From: a bacterium
GTDB lineage: Bacteria; Patescibacteriota; Minisyncoccia; UBA6257; GWB1-50-10
DNA: 40,421 bases
Assembly: GCA_021814545.1 (NCBI GenBank)
Contig: JAKAID010000003.1
Location: 1 to 40,421 of the forward strand
Direction: 5' to 3'
Positions 13,064 through 20,356 of the stretch are shown here, piece after piece. How positions within the stretch are numbered: the first letter of the stretch is position 1; every line of letters begins with the position of its first letter. Position numbers and translations under genes: made by a program. The notes beneath the pieces were generated by a model, which saw nothing but the letters and a program-made list of their open reading frames with translations, searched no databases and was not told the origin of the DNA.

Positions 13064-15181
13064 ATGGTGGAACTCCACACCCCGCTCTCCCGCATCGATG
13101 GCATCCAGACACGCTTCCTTCCTAAACTGAAAAAACTCGGCATCGAAACGGTGCGCGACCTCCTGTGGCACTTCCCTGTCCGCTATGAGGACTTCTCCCA
13201 TGTCTTTACGATAGAAGAGTTGAACCCGGGCGAGGAGGTTACCATCACCGCGACCGTCGAATCAATTAAAAGCCGCAATACCTGGCGGCGTTCGCTTTTT
13301 TTGGTCGAGGCGGAACTCTCCGACCACACGGGCACTATTCGCGCGACCTGGTTCAACCAGCCCTACATTAAAAACGTGCTCCAGCCCGGCCGCATGGCGA
13401 ACTTTGCCGGGAAAGTGGTTGCTTCAAAAAAGAGCGGCGAACTCTATCTCTCGAATCCTACCTATGAGCTCGTTTCCGCACACGCACACCACGAGACGAA
13501 GCACACCGCGCGCATCGTGCCCGTCTATTCGGAAACGCGCGGCCTTACCTCGAAGGGTATTCGCTACCTTATCCAGCCGATTTTAAAACGCCTGCCGCAT
13601 ATTCCCGAGCTCTTCCCCGAAGCAGTGCTCCGCGCACAGCATATTCCGGAAATAAATGAGGCACTCGCGAATATTCACTTCCCCGAGAATATCGATGACG
13701 CGCTTGCCGCGCGCCGCCGCTTCGCCTTTGAAGACCTTTTCTTCCTTCAGCTCACGACCGCACTTCAACGGCGCACGCTTGCTGCAAAAACCGCGCCCTC
13801 TATCCCTACGGATATCCCCCTTATAAAGTCACTCATCGAGGCGCTTCCCTTCGCGCTCACCGAATCACAGAAACGCTCGCTCTGGGAAATCCTCAAAGAC
13901 CTCGCACGACCCCACCCTATGAACCGTATTCTCCAGGGAGACGTCGGCTCGGGAAAAACGGTCATTGCGGGGCTTGCCGCGTATGCGGCCGCTGCGCATG
14001 GCCACCAGGCCGCCTTTATGGCGCCGACTGAAATTCTTGCGCGTCAGCACTACCTCACCTTCAATAAACTTTTCCCGAATTATGAGCACGGCGTGGCACT
14101 CCTCACTGCAGGTGAAACGCGCATCTCTTACGGAAACGGTCTTGAATCAATCATTGCGAAACCATCGCTTCTCAAAGAAATCACCTCGGGGAAGATTCGC
14201 ATCGTAGTTGGTACCCACGCGCTTATTCAAAAGTCGGTCGCCTTCCGTTCCCTCGCCCTTGTCGTCGTCGACGAACAACACCGCTTCGGTGTACGCCAGC
14301 GCGCCGCGCTCGAAGAAGCAGGGGGGTCGACGCCCCACTTCCTCTCGATGTCCGCAACTCCCATCCCCCGCACACTCTCGCTCACCCTTTTTGGCGATCT
14401 CGACCTCTCCCTCATCACTGAATTACCGAAAGGCCGGAAGCCCATCAAAACGCGGGCCGTCCTTCCCGAGGAGCGTGTGCAGGCGTACCAGTTCATTCGC
14501 GACGAGATAGTATCGGGGCGCCAGGCATTCGTTATCTGCCCGCGCATTGAAAAGCCCGAAGAACCTACGGACCGCGCCACCCTCATTGCGCGCGAAGTAA
14601 AATCGGTCAAAGAAGAATACGCGCGCCTCTCGCGTGAGCTATTCCCCGACCTCACGGTCGCCATGCTCCATGGCAAAATGAGCGCAAAAGAAAAGGCGTC
14701 CGTGATGCACGCCTTCCAGAAAAACGAAACGAATATTTTGGTCGCCACCTCGGTCATTGAGGTCGGCGTTGATGTGCCGAACGCGACCATCATGATGATA
14801 GAGGGCGCCGAACGGTTCGGACTTGCCCAGCTCTATCAGTTCAAGGGACGCGTGGGGCGGGGTGCCCACCAATCATACTGTCTCCTCTTTGCCGCCTCGC
14901 CCTCCGCCGCAACACGCACCCGCCTCAAGGCAATCGTCGAGGCAAGGAACGGCTTTGAGCTTGCCGAGATGGACCTCAAGCTCCGGGGGCCTGGTGAATT
15001 CCTCGGTGAGGCACAGACCGGTATGCCCGACCTCGCGATGAAAGCCATCCAGAACCCCGACCTCGTAAAACACGCGCATGAGGCGGCGCGCGAACTTTTG
15101 AATAACGACCCTACCCTTAAGCGGAATCCCGAAATACGTATGCACCTCGAGGAATTCCGCAAGAGCGTTCACTGGGAATAA
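13064..15181 (+). CDS. recG: ATP-dependent DNA helicase RecG
   Basis: An N-terminal wedge/OB region is followed by Walker A DVGSGKT and DEQHRFG, then helicase C motifs. Length is 705 aa. Confidence 0.95.
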   Translation: MVELHTPLSRIDGIQTRFLPKLKKLGIETVRDLLWHFPVRYEDFSHVFTIEELNPGEEVTITATVESIKSRNTWRRSLFLVEAELSDHTGTIRATWFNQPYIKNVLQPGRMANFAGKVVASKKSGELYLSNPTYELVSAHAHHETKHTARIVPVYSETRGLTSKGIRYLIQPILKRLPHIPELFPEAVLRAQHIPEINEALANIHFPENIDDALAARRRFAFEDLFFLQLTTALQRRTLAAKTAPSIPTDIPLIKSLIEALPFALTESQKRSLWEILKDLARPHPMNRILQGDVGSGKTVIAGLAAYAAAAHGHQAAFMAPTEILARQHYLTFNKLFPNYEHGVALLTAGETRISYGNGLESIIAKPSLLKEITSGKIRIVVGTHALIQKSVAFRSLALVVVDEQHRFGVRQRAALEEAGGSTPHFLSMSATPIPRTLSLTLFGDLDLSLITELPKGRKPIKTRAVLPEERVQAYQFIRDEIVSGRQAFVICPRIEKPEEPTDRATLIAREVKSVKEEYARLSRELFPDLTVAMLHGKMSAKEKASVMHAFQKNETNILVATSVIEVGVDVPNATIMMIEGAERFGLAQLYQFKGRVGRGAHQSYCLLFAASPSAATRTRLKAIVEARNGFELAEMDLKLRGPGEFLGEAQTGMPDLAMKAIQNPDLVKHAHEAARELLNNDPTLKRNPEIRMHLEEFRKSVHWE

Positions 15182-15205
15182 GAACCCCCGCATACGCGGG
15201 GGTTC
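15182..15205. terminator. Bidirectional terminator between convergent recG and pheT
   Basis: GAACCCCCGC (15182-15191), loop ATAC, GCGGGGGTTC (15196-15205). Confidence 0.75.
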
Positions 15206-15208
15206 TCT

Positions 15209-17197
15209 TTAGCGGAGCCGCACCTTGAACCGTTCGACAAGCATCCGCTTCACGCGCTCCATTTCTTTATCTACCTCATCACTTGTGAGCGTGTGATCCT
15301 TTGCGCGAAACACAATGCGGAGCGTGATGCTCTGCTCGTCCGCATACTGCTCGTCCGCATATTCATCGACGAGGTCCACGTCCGCGATAACCTTCACGTT
15401 CACTCCTTCGACCGCCTCCATTACCGCGCCAATGCGCTCTTCGAACGAGAGAAACATGGAGACATCGCGCACCACGCTCGGAAATTTCGAACTTGGCTCA
15501 TATTCGCGCTCTCCTTCCGCGAGCGTGAGGATGGCGCCAAGGTCAAGCTCGGCAATGCTCACGTTCTCTCGCGAAAAACCCATATACCCTATTGCCGTTT
15601 CAGCTGCTTTGATGGTTAGCCCGCTCACCCGAAAGAGCGAATGCTCGCTCGGTTCCATTTCTTCCATTGCGTGGTCCGCAAGCCCAAGCCCTTCGAGGAG
15701 GCGGCTCACCACGCCCTTCAATTCGAAAAAGGTTTCTTTGTTCTTCTCCCCGATGGCCAGACATAGGTGCGTTCTTTCTCCGAGCGCCTTCGCGCCCGCA
15801 GAGAACACATTGCCAATCTCGAATAATCGCACCGCATCATAATAACGGAAATTGTCACTCACGTTCTTCGATACCGCGTACACAAGCAGCGGACGCAAAT
15901 ATTCGTATTCCGCGCTCACCGGATTTTCGAGCGCGACAACGCCCCCTTGCCAGAGACTCCCCAGCGAAATATCGTCCTTTGAAACGAATGTGTGATTGTA
16001 TACTTCGTCGAACGAGAATCCGCGCAGAAGCTCACGCACCTTGCTCTTCAGGTCCACAAGCTCGTTCTTCGCGGGAATGGCAAGCGGCATGCGCGGCGGC
16101 ACCGCTTTCAGTTTCCCCACACCATAGACACGGATGATTTCCTCCGCAAGGTCCTCTTGAGTTTCTATATCAGTGCGCAGCGCGGGAATCTTCCAAAGGT
16201 CTTTCTTTGCATTTACGAATCCAAGCCGGCGCAGGAGCGCCGCCGCCTCGGTGCGTGTGAATTCAGTACCGAGCAATCTATTGCATGCCCCTACGTCGAA
16301 TGCAAGCTCCTTCTTCGAAGGCGCCTTCGCGAGAGAATCAAAGCGCGCCCCCGCTTTCGCGCCAGCGAATTTTTCAAGCGCCTGCGCCGCACGGTTCAAA
16401 CCGCGCTCGGTGAGCGCTCGTGCAATACCGTGCGAGAAACGCTGCGAGGCGTCGGTCGTAAGTCCCAGCTTCTTCGAGGTTTTCATAATGGAAACGCCAT
16501 CAAAGTTTGCCGCCTCAACGAGGATGCGCGTGGTCGCCCCGGTCACCTCACAGCCCGCGCCACCCTTCACTCCTGCGATTGCGAGCGGTTTCTCGGGGTC
16601 GGCGATGACAAGCATCTCCGGCGCAAGACGGTAGCGTGTGCCGTCTATCGAAACGATGGACTCTCCCTTCTTCGCGTTCCGCACCACGAGCTCCGGCTTC
16701 TTCTTTCCCGCAAGTTTATCGTAATCGAATGCGTGAAGCGGCTGACCCGTTTCCACCATCACGTAATTCATGATATCCACCACATTGTTAATGGGCCGCA
16801 ACCCGCACTCCGTGAGCACCTCCTGCATCCATTTCGGCGAAGGACCGATTTTTACATGCTCGAAATACTGCGCACTATAGCGCGGACAACGTTGCGCGTC
16901 CTCCACCCTTACACTGAAATTTTTTGGCGCCCTCTTCGGCATCTCCTTTCGTTCGACGAACGGGAGGTTCTTGAGTTTCGCGTATGCGGGCTTCACGCTG
17001 ATCGCGGCCGCAAGTTCATCGGCAATACCAAGATGCGAGGACGCATCCGAATATCGATTCGCAGGAAGTTTTATCTCGAGCGTGTTCCCCGCCGCCTCTT
17101 CCGCTTCAAAGGAATGGGTCGAGAGGAGTTCAATCGCCTCTGCCTTGCTCTTCAGTTGCGGCACAAATTGTTTTAGTAATGTGTAGGAGAATTTCAT
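15209..17197 (-). CDS. pheT: Phenylalanine--tRNA ligase beta subunit (short form)
   Basis: The N-terminus MKFSYTLLKQFVP and the B3/4, B5 and FDX-ACB-like regions are recognisable. At 662 aa it is shorter than the roughly 800-aa forms that carry the N-terminal tRNA-binding domain. Confidence 0.9.
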   Translation of the reverse strand: MKFSYTLLKQFVPQLKSKAEAIELLSTHSFEAEEAAGNTLEIKLPANRYSDASSHLGIADELAAAISVKPAYAKLKNLPFVERKEMPKRAPKNFSVRVEDAQRCPRYSAQYFEHVKIGPSPKWMQEVLTECGLRPINNVVDIMNYVMVETGQPLHAFDYDKLAGKKKPELVVRNAKKGESIVSIDGTRYRLAPEMLVIADPEKPLAIAGVKGGAGCEVTGATTRILVEAANFDGVSIMKTSKKLGLTTDASQRFSHGIARALTERGLNRAAQALEKFAGAKAGARFDSLAKAPSKKELAFDVGACNRLLGTEFTRTEAAALLRRLGFVNAKKDLWKIPALRTDIETQEDLAEEIIRVYGVGKLKAVPPRMPLAIPAKNELVDLKSKVRELLRGFSFDEVYNHTFVSKDDISLGSLWQGGVVALENPVSAEYEYLRPLLVYAVSKNVSDNFRYYDAVRLFEIGNVFSAGAKALGERTHLCLAIGEKNKETFFELKGVVSRLLEGLGLADHAMEEMEPSEHSLFRVSGLTIKAAETAIGYMGFSRENVSIAELDLGAILTLAEGEREYEPSSKFPSVVRDVSMFLSFEERIGAVMEAVEGVNVKVIADVDLVDEYADEQYADEQSITLRIVFRAKDHTLTSDEVDKEMERVKRMLVERFKVRLR

Positions 17198-17517
17198 TGT
17201 TCAGTCTTCATTTTTTCGTACTCTTGCTCCAAAAAAATCGACATGCATTTATTCGCGATAAATGCCCTGAATTCCTTTCGGCTTTTCGCGACGCCTCCCC
17301 CGATGGTCTTGTCGTACGCCTTGAATTCATCTCTTGTGATGGTCCCCGCTTCAATTTTTTCGTATATCTCCCTATCCGCATCGCCTAATTCGCTCGGCTC
17401 CACATCAAAGAGGTGGGCGGGGCCACCGCGGGCAATGTCTTCTTCTTTGCGTGCCGCTATCCTTTCTTGGAACGCTTGAAGCGGACTCGGTTGTTCTTTG
17501 CGTTCGAACATTTCCAT
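17194..17517 (-). CDS. Hypothetical 107-aa protein inserted between pheS and pheT
   Basis: Same frame as ORF-track 17194..17583. The start is moved to the ATG at 17517 (MEMFERKEQ...) because the longer version overlaps pheS by 62 nt. Its stop overlaps the pheT start (ATGA). Confidence 0.5.
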   Translation of the reverse strand: MEMFERKEQPSPLQAFQERIAARKEEDIARGGPAHLFDVEPSELGDADREIYEKIEAGTITRDEFKAYDKTIGGGVAKSRKEFRAFIANKCMSIFLEQEYEKMKTEQ

Positions 17518-17521
17518 TATC

Positions 17522-18502
17522 TTAAAACTGTTTGGTGAATCGGAGGTCGCCCGAGTAAAAAAGGCGGATGTCGGGGATGCCATACTTTATCATTGCGAGG
17601 CGGTCGAGCCCCATGCCGAACGCGAACCCCTGCACATTGCGGAAATCATACTTCACTGCATCGAATACGTTGCGATGCACCATGCCCGCCCCCATCACTT
17701 CAAGCCACCTCCCGCCGGGCAGTCGGATATCCACCTCAACGCCAGGCTCAACGAATGGGAAATAACTCGGACGGAAGCGAAATTCCACCTCGCTGCCGAA
17801 GAAGCGCTTAAAGAACGCCTCGATGACGAACTTGAAGTTCGCAAGCGTAACGTCCGGCCCCACCACGAGCCCCTCCACCTGATAAAAGTTTATCTCGTGC
17901 GAAGCATCGGTCGCTTCGTAGCGGAAGGTGCGTCCCGGCACGATGATCTGGAAGGGGGCCTTATGTGCTTCCATGTAGCGGACCTGCATGGGCGAGGTGT
18001 GCGTGCGCATAAGCATTCGCTTTGCGGAGACCTCGTTTTTCACCCAGAATGTGTCCCACATGTCGCGTGCAGGATGCCAGCCAGGTATATTCAGCGCATC
18101 AAAATTATAGCGCTCTTCTTCAAGCTCCGGCCCCTCCACCACCGAGAAGTTAAGAGAGGAGAATATCTCGCGGATCTGCGTATCTATCTTTGTGAGCGGG
18201 TGCGCATGACCGAGCGCGAGTTTCTTCCCCGGCTTCGTTACATCAAAGCGCGTACGCGGACCGCGCGCGAACGCAGCGAGCTTCTTTTCAATGAGTGCCT
18301 CGAGTTCCTGCCGCAATTCATTTGCCGCCGTGCCAAGCGTCCGCTTCTCCTCGGGCGTCATGTCCTTTAGCCCGCGAAGGATGGCGGTCAATTCCCCTTC
18401 CTTCCTCCCCAAGTATTTCACGCGGGCCGCCTCCACTTCCTGCGTATTGTTCGCGCGCTCGATATCCTGGATTGCGCTTGCCTTCAGTGCCGTAAGGTCC
18501 AT
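17522..18502 (-). CDS. pheS: Phenylalanine--tRNA ligase alpha subunit
   Basis: Class II motifs FRYEATDASHEINFYQVEG and GMGLDRLAM are present. The start is set at the ATG at 18502 (MDLTALKAS...). The ORF-track extension to 18667 reads through a tRNA gene on the opposite strand. Confidence 0.92.
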   Translation of the reverse strand: MDLTALKASAIQDIERANNTQEVEAARVKYLGRKEGELTAILRGLKDMTPEEKRTLGTAANELRQELEALIEKKLAAFARGPRTRFDVTKPGKKLALGHAHPLTKIDTQIREIFSSLNFSVVEGPELEEERYNFDALNIPGWHPARDMWDTFWVKNEVSAKRMLMRTHTSPMQVRYMEAHKAPFQIIVPGRTFRYEATDASHEINFYQVEGLVVGPDVTLANFKFVIEAFFKRFFGSEVEFRFRPSYFPFVEPGVEVDIRLPGGRWLEVMGAGMVHRNVFDAVKYDFRNVQGFAFGMGLDRLAMIKYGIPDIRLFYSGDLRFTKQF

Positions 18503-18514
18503 ATCAGTTTTTTC

Positions 18515-18520
18515 ATTATA
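18515..18520 (-). promoter_or_regulatory. -10 box TATAAT 12 nt upstream of the pheS ATG (18502)
   Basis: The minus strand reads GCGGGTATAATGAAAAAACTGAT-ATG. Confidence 0.35.
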
Positions 18521-18582
18521 CCCGCATTGCCACACAAAATAAACCACCTTGAAATCTGCGCCATTTGCTGGTATGGTTTTCC

Positions 18583-18659
18583 TGCGGGGGAGAGCGGTCC
18601 GGTTGCTCGTCAGGCTCATAACCTGAAGGCCATGGGTTCGAATCCCATCCCCGCAACCA
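18583..18659 (+). tRNA. tRNA-Met (anticodon CAT), initiator-like, with encoded CCA
   Basis: Manual cloverleaf: TGCGGGG GA GAGC GGTCCGGTT GCTC G TCAGG CTCATAA CCTGA AGGCC ATGGG TTCGAAT CCCAT CCCCGCA A CCA. It has A11:U24 (a bacterial initiator hallmark), a weak U1:A72 pair, and two of the three initiator G:C pairs at the base of the anticodon stem. Confidence 0.85.
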
Positions 18660-18667
18660 GTTTTCAT

Positions 18668-18740
18668 GGCGGAGTAGCTCAGTGGTTAGAGCGAGCGCTT
18701 CATAAGCGTTAGGTCGTGGGTTCGATCCCCACCTCCGCCA
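18668..18740 (+). tRNA. tRNA with anticodon CAT (elongator Met or lysidine-dependent Ile2), no encoded CCA
   Basis: Manual cloverleaf: GGCGGAG TA GCTC AGTGGTTA GAGC G AGCGC TTCATAA GCGTT AGGTC GTGGG TTCGATC CCCAC CTCCGCC A. The G1:C72 and C11:G24 pairs are elongator-type. Confidence 0.88.
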
Positions 18741-18743
18741 CCC

Positions 18744-19190
18744 ATGACCGAGGCACAGCAACAAAAAATTATACGCCTCGCGCGTTCCCTCGTCGGAGCT
18801 CCTTATGTTTATGGCGCGGAAGCGAATGCGCCGCACACGTTCGACTGCTCCTCCTTTACGCAATACGTATTCAAAGGCGCAGGCATCGAATTGCCGCGCA
18901 GCAGCATTTTGCAGGCCGCGGACGGGCACGGAACCGAACTTGCCGTGAGTAACGACCCCTCGCACTACGCGCCAGGGGACCTCCTTTTTATGCGCGGTGT
19001 GCGCGGCTTCTACCGCGACAGCCTTTTCGAAGGTCGTGAGGTTTCTATCGGCCATGTCGGTATCTACCTCGGCACGGAAGAGATAGCGCACGCCCAGGCG
19101 CACCGCGAACCGAATGGTGTCGTTATCCAAAACCTCTCTGAACTTACGCGTGACCCGCACTACGCAATTATTTTTGCCAAGCGGTTCTGA
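18744..19190 (+). CDS. NlpC/P60 (C40) family peptidase
   Basis: The catalytic-Cys context FDCSSFTQYVF and a downstream IGHVGIYLG (His) are present. Length is 148 aa and no signal peptide is evident. Confidence 0.8.
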   Translation: MTEAQQQKIIRLARSLVGAPYVYGAEANAPHTFDCSSFTQYVFKGAGIELPRSSILQAADGHGTELAVSNDPSHYAPGDLLFMRGVRGFYRDSLFEGREVSIGHVGIYLGTEEIAHAQAHREPNGVVIQNLSELTRDPHYAIIFAKRF

Positions 19191-19708
19191 TGTCTCGCGC
19201 TATTCCCCGTTACTCGCAGTTCCTCCATATCCGCGACCCGCGCTGGCGCCCACGCGCGTGCGGCATCGTTGCAACAAAGATGCTCGTCGATTTTCTTACG
19301 CCCCACGGCGCGGGGAAAATATCCCTCGACGCGTTCCTCGAGGAAGGTTGGGCACGGGGTGCCTACCTTGAGAACATCGGCTGGAGCCATAAGGGGCTTG
19401 CCGCGCTCGCCCGCGCCCATGAACTCTACGGAAAGAACTACGACTGGTTCCCGCTCACGCCCGAGGCAGCACTCGCGAAACTCCGCAAAACCGCGAATAC
19501 CCCCTTTCTCGCATCCGTGCACAAGCACCTCGACCCCAACAATGGCGGGCATCTCGTCGTCGTCACACGCCTTACTGACACGACCGTTACCTACCTCGAC
19601 CCCGTGAGCCGCACGCAGAGCGGTATCGCGCGCACCGCTTCCCTGAAAAAGTTCCTGCACGGATGGAAGCGGCGCATCATCGTCATCAGGAGAAAATTGC
19701 AAAAATGA
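19190..19708 (+). CDS. C39-like (papain-fold) peptidase-domain protein
   Basis: RACGIVATKMLV (candidate Cys) and GGHLVVVTR (candidate His) resemble the Peptidase_C39-like pattern. Its start overlaps the preceding stop. Confidence 0.6.
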   Translation: MSRAIPRYSQFLHIRDPRWRPRACGIVATKMLVDFLTPHGAGKISLDAFLEEGWARGAYLENIGWSHKGLAALARAHELYGKNYDWFPLTPEAALAKLRKTANTPFLASVHKHLDPNNGGHLVVVTRLTDTTVTYLDPVSRTQSGIARTASLKKFLHGWKRRIIVIRRKLQK

Positions 19709-19740
19709 GGAAGCGTGTTAGAATAGGAACCGTAGTTTTT

Positions 19741-19814
19741 GCGGTGGTAGCTTAGTTGGTTAAAGCGCCGCCCTGTCACGGCGGAGATCGAGGGTTCAAG
19801 TCCCTTCCACCGCG
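19741..19814 (+). tRNA. tRNA-Asp (anticodon GTC), no encoded CCA
   Basis: Manual cloverleaf: GCGGTGG TA GCTT AGTTGGTTA AAGC G CCGCC CTGTCAC GGCGG AGATC GAGGG TTCAAGT CCCTT CCACCGC G. Confidence 0.92.
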
Positions 19815-19992
19815 CAACAAAACAAGAAATCCCACGTTTGTGGGATTTTTTGTTTTTTGTGGAGGGGACTTGAACAAAGAAAGGGGTCGGGGAAACATTT
19901 GTTTCCCCGTGGCGGAACATACAAACCGAGGGGTTTGTGAACGCAGACCGCTTGGGCGACCGAGCAGTGAAATTCCCTTCCACCGCGCAACA
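19815..19992 (+). repeat. tRNA 3'-flank element, copy E2 (downstream of tRNA-Asp)
   Basis: The element contains:
- a terminator hairpin (19827-19848) plus T-run;
- an inverted copy of the tRNA-Asp 3' part (19859-19875, complementary to 19794-19810 at 16 of 17 positions);
- the motif AAAGGGGTC;
- hairpin GGGGAAAC/GTTTCCCC (19889-19908);
- hairpin ACAAACC/GGTTTGT (19921-19938);
- the motif GCGACCGAGCAG;
- an exact 19-nt direct copy of the tRNA 3' end plus flank (19974-19992, identical to 19801-19819). Confidence 0.85.
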
Positions 19993-20032
19993 CAAAACAC
20001 CCATAAGAGTGTTTTTTTATATGCGCAATGCG

Positions 20033-20344
20033 TTAACTCCCCTCCGCGTAGTTCCGGATTACCCCGCACGCGTTCACAAATAGCGCCTCATTGAACTCCT
20101 CGCGCTCCTCTTTCATAAGTTCCTCGCGGAGAATATCCGTGTTCACCTTTCCGTATTTAAGAAGTTCACCAAGCGCCCGCGCCTTGTAGTGCGCGTCCAA
20201 CTTCTCCCCTTCTTCTTGCGCGGCTCTTATTCTCCCCTCATAGTCCATAAGCTTCGCTTGGAGTCTCTTCACTTTCTCTACGTCCTCCGGAACGGCAATG
20301 AACGGCCCGCGCTCCATTCTCCCTTTCTCAAAAAATGTACGCAT
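20033..20344 (-). CDS. Hypothetical 103-aa charged, coiled-coil-like protein downstream of gatA
   Basis: The ORF lies 12 nt downstream of the gatA stop on the same strand. I recognise no motif. Confidence 0.5.
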   Translation of the reverse strand: MRTFFEKGRMERGPFIAVPEDVEKVKRLQAKLMDYEGRIRAAQEEGEKLDAHYKARALGELLKYGKVNTDILREELMKEEREEFNEALFVNACGVIRNYAEGS

Positions 20345-20356
20345 GGATTTGTTATA

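Noticed and set aside
15992-17176. Long antisense ORFs: 394 aa opposite pheT, and similarly 4399..5370, 9933..10841, 17498..18370, 23086..23967, 30015..30671 and 34561..35070.
   Set aside because: Each lies entirely opposite a confidently identified gene. They are Arg/Ala/Pro-rich with no recognisable motifs, as is typical of shadow ORFs in GC-rich DNA.
18503-18667. The ORF-track N-terminal extension of pheS (start at 18667).
   Set aside because: It reads straight through the initiator-like tRNA gene on the opposite strand. A conserved PheS-like N-terminus begins at the ATG at 18502, which is preceded by a TATAAT.
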